From NCBI GenBank assembly GCA_903929185.1, contig CAIYTS010000140.1, positions 1 through 63,490 on the forward strand: DNA of 63,490 nucleotides, given 5' to 3'. Below are positions 19,562-26,996 of the stretch, piece after piece (positions within the stretch are counted from its first letter, which is position 1; the number at the start of each line of letters is the position of its first letter). The translations under genes and the position numbers were made by a program. Source of the DNA: an uncultured Acidimicrobiaceae bacterium. GTDB lineage: Bacteria > Actinomycetota > Acidimicrobiia > Acidimicrobiales > Ilumatobacteraceae. Below the pieces are notes generated by a model. That model searched no databases. It saw only the letters and a program-made list of their open reading frames with translations, and was not told the origin of the DNA.

Positions 19562-21547
19562 ATGTCAGAGATTTCAGTACTTCTTCCCGATGGCTCCTCG
19601 CGTGCGCTACCCGCAGGCTCATCAATCGCCGACTTAGCGGCATCTATCGGCTCTCGGCTTGCCAAGGCTGCTGTCGCCGGAACAGTCAATGGCGCTGAAG
19701 TGGACCTGTCAGTCCCGTTGTCTGACGGAGCCACGGTGTCAATCATCACGGCTGATTCTGATGCGGGTCGCCACGTGCTGCGTCACTCCACAGCACATGT
19801 GCTCGCACAAGCAGTGGTGCAATTGTTCGAAGGAGCTCACTTCACGATCGGCCCTGCAATTGAAGATGGCTTTTATTACGACTTTGCGTTGCCAAACAAT
19901 AAGACTTTTTCTGATGATGATCTAGCAGCAATAGAAACTCGCATGCGCGAAATCATGAAAGCGAATCAACCGTTCACTCGTTCTGAAGTGTCGGTGAAAG
20001 AGGCGTTGGCGGTCTTTGCGTCTCAACCGTACAAATGTGAAATTATTGAACGCGTAACGTCGGGTGCTGCTGATGGAAGCGATGTTGCTGAAGTCGGAAG
20101 TTCTGACTCGGTCAGTTTGTATCGCAACTCAGATTCATTCGTTGACCTGTGTCGCGGTCCTCACGTTCCGTCCACTTCGCGCCTGGGGCATTTCAGTCTG
20201 ATGAAGGTCGCTGGTGCATATTGGCGTGGAAATGAAAAGGGCCCGATGTTGCAACGCATCTATGGCACCGCGTGGGAATCTGACACTGCACTCAAAGAGC
20301 ATTTGCACCGTCTTGAAGAAGCAACGAAACGCGACCATCGCCGTCTTGCAAACGAACTTGACCTCCTGTCCTTTCCTACCGAACTCGGTGGCGGTCTTGC
20401 TGTATGGCATCCGAAGGGTGCAATTGTTCGCAAATTGATGGAGGACTACAGCCGTCAACGTCACCAAGATGGCGATTACCAGTTTGTGTACACGCCGCAT
20501 CTTGCCAACGCGAACTTGTTTGCTAAGTCAGGCCACCTTGATTTCTATGCAGACGGTATGTACCCGCCGATGGAGATGGACAACGGCACGTACTACATGA
20601 AGCCAATGAACTGTCCGATGCACTGTCTCATTTTCGATAGTCGTCAGCGCAGTTACCGTGAACTTCCATTGCGTTTGTTTGAGTTAGGCAATGTGTATCG
20701 ATACGAGCGCGCCGGAACTCTCCATGGGTTGCTGCGTATTCGTGGTTTCACCCAAGACGACAGTCATATTTACTGCACAGAAGAACAAATGGCAGACGAG
20801 ATTTCGTCGCTTCTTGACTTCATCATGTCTGTATTACGTCGATTCGGATTTAATGATTTTGAATTCAATTTGTCCACTCGTGATCCTGAGAAATCAGTGG
20901 GGTCTGATGAAATCTGGGGCAAAGCAACAGAGGCACTTCGCGAAGCACTAGACCGCCATGGCGTTGAATACAAGATCAAGGAAGGCGATGCCGCTTTCTA
21001 TGGTCCGAAGATTGACATTGATGTTCGTGATGCCATAGGTCGTAAATGGCAATTAAGCACCATTCAATGTGACTTCAACTTGCCAGAGCGTTTCGAATTG
21101 GAATATGTGGGTTCAGACGGTGCACGCCATCGCCCCATCATGTTGCACCGTGCATTGTTCGGTTCGATTGAACGGTTCTTCGGAGTTCTGATTGAGCACT
21201 ATGCAGGCGCGTTCCCATCATGGCTATCACCAGAACAAGTTCGAGTGCTCCCTGTGGCACTGGCCCACGACGAGTACGCAACATCAGTAGTGGCTCTGTT
21301 GAAGAAAGCCGGATTCCGGGTTGATATTGATCATGCAGATGAACAATTAGGAAAGCGCATTCGAAACGCAAAGACCAGCAAGGTGCCGTATGTATTGGTT
21401 GTTGGTGATGATGACGTTGCTCATCAATCCGTCGGCGTTAATCCTCGCGGTGGGGAAGTAGAGCGTGACGTTTCGGTTGCTGACTTTATTGCTCGTCTTG
21501 CAGCAGAAGTCGCAGAAGGACAATTAGGCGACATTGATGTCTCTTGA
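19562..21547 (+). CDS. thrS: Threonine--tRNA ligase
   Basis: 661 aa: TGS domain, editing domain (HSTAHVLAQA), class II core and anticodon-binding domain. Confidence 0.97.
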   Translation: MSEISVLLPDGSSRALPAGSSIADLAASIGSRLAKAAVAGTVNGAEVDLSVPLSDGATVSIITADSDAGRHVLRHSTAHVLAQAVVQLFEGAHFTIGPAIEDGFYYDFALPNNKTFSDDDLAAIETRMREIMKANQPFTRSEVSVKEALAVFASQPYKCEIIERVTSGAADGSDVAEVGSSDSVSLYRNSDSFVDLCRGPHVPSTSRLGHFSLMKVAGAYWRGNEKGPMLQRIYGTAWESDTALKEHLHRLEEATKRDHRRLANELDLLSFPTELGGGLAVWHPKGAIVRKLMEDYSRQRHQDGDYQFVYTPHLANANLFAKSGHLDFYADGMYPPMEMDNGTYYMKPMNCPMHCLIFDSRQRSYRELPLRLFELGNVYRYERAGTLHGLLRIRGFTQDDSHIYCTEEQMADEISSLLDFIMSVLRRFGFNDFEFNLSTRDPEKSVGSDEIWGKATEALREALDRHGVEYKIKEGDAAFYGPKIDIDVRDAIGRKWQLSTIQCDFNLPERFELEYVGSDGARHRPIMLHRALFGSIERFFGVLIEHYAGAFPSWLSPEQVRVLPVALAHDEYATSVVALLKKAGFRVDIDHADEQLGKRIRNAKTSKVPYVLVVGDDDVAHQSVGVNPRGGEVERDVSVADFIARLAAEVAEGQLGDIDVS

Positions 21548-22049
21548 GCAACTCTGGAACGGGTGGAGAGCTGAATACATCGGCACTGCTAATTCGAATT
21601 CGACAAACCCAGCTCAGTCAGTGTTTACTTCGATTCTGAATTCAGGGTTATCGGATGAAGAAACGTTCATCGTTCATCGTTCCACTACTTGTTTCGTCAT
21701 TCTGAATTCGTATCCATATGCGTCTGGTCATGTATTGGTCTTGCCGTATCGAGAAGTAGCCAATCTTGAAGATTTGACGCCCGAAGAATCTGGCGATTTA
21801 TGGTCAATAGTCACTGATGCAACAGTGGCACTGCGCGCATCTCATTCTCCCGATGCGCTCAATGTGGGCATTAACTTGGGTGCAGCTGCTGGCGGAAGCA
21901 TTTCGCAGCATCTACACGTTCATATTGTTCCTCGTTGGAACGGTGATTCGAACTTTATGACTTCAGTAGCGTCAACCCGTACGATTCCAGAACCACTTCC
22001 TCTCACCGCATCGAAAATTCGTAATGCATGGCCGAAAGCAACACAATGA
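21537..22049 (+). CDS. HIT family protein (Ap4A phosphorylase / GalT-branch-like, Rv2613c-like position)
   Basis: About 170 aa with the histidine triad QHLHVHIVPR. It lies directly after thrS and before pgsA, as in the mycobacterial PIM locus. It overlaps the thrS end. Confidence 0.85.
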   Translation: MSLEQLWNGWRAEYIGTANSNSTNPAQSVFTSILNSGLSDEETFIVHRSTTCFVILNSYPYASGHVLVLPYREVANLEDLTPEESGDLWSIVTDATVALRASHSPDALNVGINLGAAAGGSISQHLHVHIVPRWNGDSNFMTSVASTRTIPEPLPLTASKIRNAWPKATQ

Positions 22050-22552
22050 CCGACGAACTACGCGACCAACTACCAGATGATCTTAATGCGGTCGATCATG
22101 TTGGTGCATATGATTTCCCCGACAACAGTCGACGTCGTATACCCGGAGTGATGTACGCAATCTTGGCCGTGCTCTGTGTTGCCAGTTGGTACGTTGCCGA
22201 CAGCAATGACTCGGCAATTATCAACAAGGGTTTGTTGTTTGCAGCGGTTCTCTTGGCTGTGATGTCAATCATCACTATTACGAGTGGCTGGCGCATGACA
22301 ATGAACGAGTCAGAAGCTCTCGTCGTTGCTACTCGCACAGCGGGATTTGCAGTCGGTCATGCATCTGCTCAACAGGTCTGGCGCGGAATGCGTAGTAAGC
22401 CAACCTGGAGAATTTTCTGCTACAGCACTGAAGATCCACCATTGCAGCAGGCATTAGTTCTGATTGATGCTGTTGACGGTCATGTCGTTGAATGCTTGGT
22501 CGAAAAGAACCCTGAGGCAGAGATGCCATCTGCGAATACTGAAGAGCGATAG
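22046..22552 (+). CDS. Hypothetical membrane protein (two predicted TM helices)
   Basis: The ORF opens at 22028. The ATG at 22046 forms an ATGA overlap with the HIT stop. There are hydrophobic segments at about residues 35-55 and 65-85, then a soluble C-terminal domain. No family recognised. Confidence 0.6.
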   Translation: MTDELRDQLPDDLNAVDHVGAYDFPDNSRRRIPGVMYAILAVLCVASWYVADSNDSAIINKGLLFAAVLLAVMSIITITSGWRMTMNESEALVVATRTAGFAVGHASAQQVWRGMRSKPTWRIFCYSTEDPPLQQALVLIDAVDGHVVECLVEKNPEAEMPSANTEER

Positions 22553-22561
22553 CGTCACACC

Positions 22562-23266
22562 ATGTTCGACGGGCGTTTTCGCGCACCAATTGAGAAGGCT
22601 GTTCGCCCGGTTGGTCAATTGCTGAGAAAGACAGGCATGTCGCCTGATCATCTCACCATTCTCGGAATTGCATTTGCCGTTATTGCTGCATTTGCTATTG
22701 GTACTGGTGCACTACGTGGTGGACTCGTTCTCGTCATCTTGGCTGCCGTTCCCGACATGCTTGACGGGGCATTGGCAAAAGCGTCAGGGACATCTAGTCA
22801 ACGCGGTGCATTTTTCGATTCCGTAGTTGACAGGGTCACGGACTCGGTTCTCTTTGGTGGTGTCGCCTGGTATTTCGCATCGGAGAAAGATCCTCATCTT
22901 GCGCTCTTGCCAATGGCAATTATGGGTGTTTCGTCACTGATCTCATACGAGCGAGCAAAAGCTGAGTCATTGGGGCTGTATGCCAAGGGTGGACTAATGG
23001 AGCGCGCAGAACGCATTGTTGTTCTCTGTATTGCTCTGTTATTTGATTCATTGCTCGTGCCAATCATGTGGATCATGTTGGTTCTTACCGTGATCACCGC
23101 CATTCAGAGGTTCGTTCAGGTGTGGCGCCAAGCAGAAGTGTCGTCGACTACTCAAAAGAAACGCGATGTTCGACAAGGACGTCGTATGACGCGAATGAGT
23201 GCCCGCACGTCGCGTCGTCAATTGTCCGTTGAATCACGCCAACGTCGCCGCACCCGTAATGGCTAG
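22562..23266 (+). CDS. pgsA: CDP-alcohol phosphatidyltransferase (phosphatidylinositol phosphate synthase type, PgsA1-like)
   Basis: 234 aa with DMLDGALAKASGTSSQRGAFFDSVVDRVTD (D-G-x2-A-R...G-x3-D-x3-D motif), multiple TM segments and a PIM-locus position. It has an Arg-rich C-terminal tail. Confidence 0.88.
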   Translation: MFDGRFRAPIEKAVRPVGQLLRKTGMSPDHLTILGIAFAVIAAFAIGTGALRGGLVLVILAAVPDMLDGALAKASGTSSQRGAFFDSVVDRVTDSVLFGGVAWYFASEKDPHLALLPMAIMGVSSLISYERAKAESLGLYAKGGLMERAERIVVLCIALLFDSLLVPIMWIMLVLTVITAIQRFVQVWRQAEVSSTTQKKRDVRQGRRMTRMSARTSRRQLSVESRQRRRTRNG

Positions 23267-24194
23267 TCCGTTCGAGGATCTCGCTGACGCGTTTACAGTT
23301 GGCGGTTACAGGCTCGGGTCTGTTATTGCGCGGCTAACACCAGCGCCACTATCGCAAGGTGCAGTTTCGTTACTTGCTCCAGGCGTTGCGTTGTCTCTGC
23401 GGAAACGCCGTTTCATGATTGAACGACATTTGCAACGAGTCAATCCGTCGCTCACAGGGTTTGCATTGCATCGCGCTTCCCAGCAAGCGTTTGATAGTTA
23501 CATGCGGTATTACACCGAAAGTTTCCGTTTGCCGACGTTGTCTGCAAAGCATGTCTTGCGGTCGCTGTCTAATGATGGTTTTCATTACATCGAATCTGCG
23601 CTCGAACGCGGCAAGGGCGCAATAGTTGCGCTTCCGCATCTCGGCGGTTGGGAATGGGCAGGTCGATGGATGGCAGAGATGGGTCACAGAATGACTGTCA
23701 TCGTGGAGCCACTCGAACCTCCAGAGCTCTTTGATTGGTTTACGAAATTGCGCAGCGATCTCGGCATGAATGTGGTGCCACTGGGGCCAGGGGCTGCGCC
23801 TGCAGTGTTGGCTGCATTGCGCCGAAATGAAGTTGTCTGTTTGTTGTCTGACCGTGACATCCAAGGCAATGGCGTAGAGGTTGATTTCTTTGGTGAACGC
23901 ACCACGTTGCCAGCTGGCCCAGCGATGTTGGGTATTCGTTCGGGGGCAGCTGTTGTGCCAGGAGCTGTGTATTTCACCTCAGCAGTCGACGGACATCATT
24001 GTGTGATTCGTCCACCGTTGGTGTTTGAAAAAGTTGGTGGTTTGCGAGAGCAGGTGGCAGCAGGTACTCAAGCACTTGCCCTCGAACTAGAAGGTTTGAT
24101 TCGGCGGGCGCCGGAACAGTGGCACTTGTTTCAGCCGAATTGGCCAAGTGATCCTGGGTACGCAGAGATGCGCGCTCGGTCTATCGCTGAATGA
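23259..24194 (+). CDS. Lauroyl/myristoyl (HtrB/LpxL-like) acyltransferase family protein, probable phosphatidylinositol mannoside acyltransferase
   Basis: ATG 23259 (MASPFEDL) overlaps the pgsA stop by 8 nt; the ORF track start is 23199. It has the LPHLGGWEWAG motif and the Rv2611c-like position between pgsA and pimA. Confidence 0.82.
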   Translation: MASPFEDLADAFTVGGYRLGSVIARLTPAPLSQGAVSLLAPGVALSLRKRRFMIERHLQRVNPSLTGFALHRASQQAFDSYMRYYTESFRLPTLSAKHVLRSLSNDGFHYIESALERGKGAIVALPHLGGWEWAGRWMAEMGHRMTVIVEPLEPPELFDWFTKLRSDLGMNVVPLGPGAAPAVLAALRRNEVVCLLSDRDIQGNGVEVDFFGERTTLPAGPAMLGIRSGAAVVPGAVYFTSAVDGHHCVIRPPLVFEKVGGLREQVAAGTQALALELEGLIRRAPEQWHLFQPNWPSDPGYAEMRARSIAE

Positions 24195-24513
24195 ACTGAG
24201 ACACCGCATCGAGTGCACGCGGGGCAATCGAATACCAGATCCATGTCCCATCGCGACGAGATTCCACAAGCCCGGCTTCACGGAGAACCTTCAAGTGATG
24301 GCTGATAGTGGGTTGGCTTCGGTCGAGGGGTTCAGTGAGGTCGCAAGAACAGATGCCATCGACTCCGGCGCGGCGGACCAGATCAAAGAGTCTCAGGCGA
24401 ATGGGGTCTGCAAGTGCAGCAAACATGGGCGCAAGTGCGGACGCTGCGCTGTCTGCGAGCGGCCCTTTGCCAAGTTGAACCTGTTTGGCAATCGTCATGC
24501 TTCGATGATACAT
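24181..24513 (-). CDS. arsR: ArsR/SmtB family metalloregulatory transcriptional repressor
   Basis: 110 aa with FAALADPIRLRLFDLV, a CxC metalloid site in helix 3 (GICSCDL) and HTH QPTISHHLKVLREAGLV. It is divergent from the cadI-aqp-arsC genes. Confidence 0.9.
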   Translation of the reverse strand: MYHRSMTIAKQVQLGKGPLADSAASALAPMFAALADPIRLRLFDLVRRAGVDGICSCDLTEPLDRSQPTISHHLKVLREAGLVESRRDGTWIWYSIAPRALDAVSQFIQR

Positions 24514-24514
24514 C

Positions 24515-24549
24515 GATAGTTATCAATGTCGTGTATATTGATGACTATC
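24515..24549. promoter_or_regulatory. Imperfect 13-9-13 inverted repeat, candidate ArsR operator in the arsR / cadI divergent promoter region
   Basis: GATAGTTATCAAT (24515-24527), a 9-nt spacer, then ATTGATGACTATC (24537-24549). 12 of 13 positions are complementary. It begins 2 nt from the arsR start codon. Confidence 0.55.
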
Positions 24550-24587
24550 AAAGTATCGACCCACAGAACTTTTGATGAGAGGGAAGA

Positions 24588-25031
24588 ATGTCACGAGTAC
24601 AACTAGCGCTAAATGTAGGCAATCTGAATGATGCAATTGTCTTTTACACCAAGATGTTCGGTGTCGGGCCTGCCAAGGTTCGCGAAGGGTATGCCAACTT
24701 CGCAATTGCTGAGCCACCACTGAAGCTTGTTCTGATCGAAGGACATGGTGAAGCTGGAACACTGAATCACGTTGGCGTTGAAGTCGAAGACACAGACCAA
24801 GTGGCAGCAAAGATTGAATCGGCTACTGCAATGGGAATGCCAATCGAGATTCAAGAAAGCGAAACGTGCTGTTTCGCTGTACAAGACAAAGTGTGGATCA
24901 AAGGCGGCGAATTGCCATGGGAGTGGTACACAGTTCTTGCTGACGCTCCTTCAGACACATCGTTGAAAGCAATGCCAATCATGCTTGGCGTTCCGTCAAC
25001 AGGCAGCTGCTGCGGCCCAGACGGTTGCTGA
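24588..25031 (+). CDS. ArsI/CadI family (glyoxalase/VOC fold) metal-resistance protein, CadI-like
   Basis: 147 aa starting MSRVQLALNVGNL..., with GYANFAIAEPPLKLVLIEG, HVGVEVED, a vicinal Cys pair in ETCCFAVQDKVWI and a Cys-rich tail GSCCGPDGC. GGGAAG SD upstream. Confidence 0.85.
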   Translation: MSRVQLALNVGNLNDAIVFYTKMFGVGPAKVREGYANFAIAEPPLKLVLIEGHGEAGTLNHVGVEVEDTDQVAAKIESATAMGMPIEIQESETCCFAVQDKVWIKGGELPWEWYTVLADAPSDTSLKAMPIMLGVPSTGSCCGPDGC

Positions 25032-25690
25032 TGTCACGGCGCACTCTTGCTGAATTTCTCGGTACTGCTTTATTAGTAATGGCGGTTGTCGGATCGGGCA
25101 TTATGGCCCAGAACCTCACCAAAGATGTTGCATTGCAGCTGTTGGCTAACGCCATCGCGACAGGCGGAGCATTGCTAGGTCTCATCACAATCTTCGGACC
25201 AATCTCTGGTGCGTCGTTTAATCCGGTGGTGTCGTTGGTTAGTTATTTCGTAGACCGAGATACGTCTGTTGTTGTTCTTGTTACCGATGTAGTAGCTCAA
25301 GTCGCTGGTGCTATTGCAGGTTGCATCATTGCGAACATCATGTTTGCGCATCCCTTCATTGAAATGTCGACCAAGGTACGTACGGGTGGGCCGACCTGGT
25401 TTTCCGAAGTGGTTGCCACCGTTGGTTTGCTGCTTGTCATTTGGGGCGGAAAGAGAGCCGGTGCCAATGTCGCTGTCCTTGTTGCGGCTTGGATCACCGG
25501 AGCATATTGGTTTACGTCTTCCACCAGTGTTGCCAACCCAGCCGTTGGCATTGGTCGAATGTTCTCTGATTCTTTTGCAGGTATTGCACCAGAGTCAATG
25601 CCGCTGTTTGCAGTGATGCAAATTGTGGGCGGAGTGATTGGTTTTGTAATCATCACGACTTTGTGGTCTGGTGACCGAGCCGCATCATGA
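25031..25690 (+). CDS. MIP family channel (aquaporin / aquaglyceroporin, ars-operon associated, probable arsenite channel)
   Basis: ATG 25031 overlaps the cadI-like TGA (TGATG). Six TM segments; the first signature is SGASFNPVVS (NPV instead of NPA) and the second is ANPAVGIGR. Confidence 0.88.
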   Translation: MSRRTLAEFLGTALLVMAVVGSGIMAQNLTKDVALQLLANAIATGGALLGLITIFGPISGASFNPVVSLVSYFVDRDTSVVVLVTDVVAQVAGAIAGCIIANIMFAHPFIEMSTKVRTGGPTWFSEVVATVGLLLVIWGGKRAGANVAVLVAAWITGAYWFTSSTSVANPAVGIGRMFSDSFAGIAPESMPLFAVMQIVGGVIGFVIITTLWSGDRAAS

Positions 25691-26073
25691 GTGGCATTTT
25701 GTTCTTGTGTATTCATAATGCTGGCCGGTCGCAAATGGCAGCAGGATTTGCACGAGAACTCTCCGGCGGAGATGTACTGATTTTGTCGGGCGGTTCAGAG
25801 CCCGCAGATTCTGTCAACCCTGTAGCTGTAGAAGTAATGAACGAAGTCGGAATTGATATTTCGACGTTTGTGCCTCAGAGATATAACGATGACTTGCTGA
25901 ATGCGGTTGACGTAGTGGTCACCATGGGTTGTGGTGACACGTGCCCGTACATTCCCGGGAAACGATATGTGGACTGGCCTCTTGATGATCCAAAGGGGAA
26001 GCCGCTAGAAGATGTACGGCGTATTCGTGACGAGATCAAAAATCACGTCACAGAATTACTTGCTCAGTTGTAA
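25687..26073 (+). CDS. arsC: Arsenate reductase, low-molecular-weight phosphotyrosine phosphatase family
   Basis: 128 aa with P-loop LCIHNAGRS (CX5RS) and MGCGDTCP (Cys82/Cys86). ATGA overlap with the channel gene. Confidence 0.9.
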   Translation: MSGILFLCIHNAGRSQMAAGFARELSGGDVLILSGGSEPADSVNPVAVEVMNEVGIDISTFVPQRYNDDLLNAVDVVVTMGCGDTCPYIPGKRYVDWPLDDPKGKPLEDVRRIRDEIKNHVTELLAQL

Positions 26074-26978
26074 ACGTCGAATAACTGGTTGATGGCTTTT
26101 ACTTGACCACCAGTTGTTGAGGACATCACAGCAATCGGTGTAACGCCCGCATGTGCCCACTCCTCAAAGCGAGCACGGACATGAGAAGCAGATCCACTAA
26201 TTGTGTTGTCGTCTAGCCACTTGTCGCTCATGAGTGAAGGAAGAATGTCTTTGTTTCCCGCTTCGATGGCGGCTTCGATGGCATCCATTTCTTCTGTGTA
26301 ACCAGCGGCGCGCCAATAGTTGCGGTAGTTAGGAAGCGACACATATCCGGTGAGAGTGCGTCGGTTCACCGCACGTGCAGCTTCCACGTCATCGTCGATG
26401 ACGGTAGGAATCATATTTGCCAAGAAGAAATCATCACGCACTGCATTTGGAACTTCTGAAAGCTGTTTTGACATGTGGCTCAACGATGCATTCGCCCAAA
26501 TTGCACCTTCGGAAATTTCCGTGGCCAATTGCAACATTTTGTTGCGCAGTGTTGCGAGATAAATCGGAGGCAGTTGTCCGCCGAATCTTTCGTTTGCTCG
26601 CATGGCAGCAACGTATGCAGCAGTGTCAGCAAGTGGTTTGCCTGGTTCAACACCAAGTCGATCTGTTACTGGTCCGTGACTGACGCCAAGGCCCAAGCGA
26701 AATCGACCATCTGACATTTCGTTGATGTGAGAGGCGGTGTTTGCCATTTCAACCGGGTGGCTGTAGTAAATCGGTTGAATCGAGGTCCAGTAATTGATTC
26801 GTGACGTTTCATGTGCAAGCGACACGCACAGACCCATTGTTCCGCCAAGACTGGGGCACGCAAGCCCTGAGATTCCCTTGTTCTCTGCCTCAACGGCGAG
26901 TTCGAGGATGGCTCGTCTCTTGGTGGGCGAGGCCACGATGGAGAGAGCGGGACGGAAAGAAGCATCTACCTTAAGCAT
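26064..26978 (-). CDS. LLM class (luciferase-like) flavin/F420-dependent oxidoreductase
   Basis: 304 aa TIM-barrel luciferase-like pattern (SDGRFRLGLGVSHGP..., IYLATLRNKMLQLA). Its 3' end overlaps arsC by 10 nt. Confidence 0.8.
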   Translation of the reverse strand: MLKVDASFRPALSIVASPTKRRAILELAVEAENKGISGLACPSLGGTMGLCVSLAHETSRINYWTSIQPIYYSHPVEMANTASHINEMSDGRFRLGLGVSHGPVTDRLGVEPGKPLADTAAYVAAMRANERFGGQLPPIYLATLRNKMLQLATEISEGAIWANASLSHMSKQLSEVPNAVRDDFFLANMIPTVIDDDVEAARAVNRRTLTGYVSLPNYRNYWRAAGYTEEMDAIEAAIEAGNKDILPSLMSDKWLDDNTISGSASHVRARFEEWAHAGVTPIAVMSSTTGGQVKAINQLFDVYN

Positions 26979-26983
26979 TCCCG

Positions 26984-26990
26984 TAACCTA
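26984..26990. promoter_or_regulatory. Overlapping -10-like hexamers on opposite strands (TAACCT on +, TAGGTT on -) in the 18-nt LLM/pimA intergenic region
   Basis: TAACCT at 26984-26989 lies 7 nt upstream of the pimA ATG (26997). The complement of 26985-26990 reads TAGGTT, 6 nt upstream of the LLM ATG (26978). Neither gene has an SD. Confidence 0.4.
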
Positions 26991-26996
26991 GCCTGC

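Noticed and set aside
24181-26978. The ars/LLM segment as a recently acquired mobile genomic island
   Set aside because: There is no integrase or transposase, no flanking direct repeats or tRNA, and no obvious GC shift by eye. The gene ends interlock with their neighbours. I treat it as an old insertion, not a mobile element.
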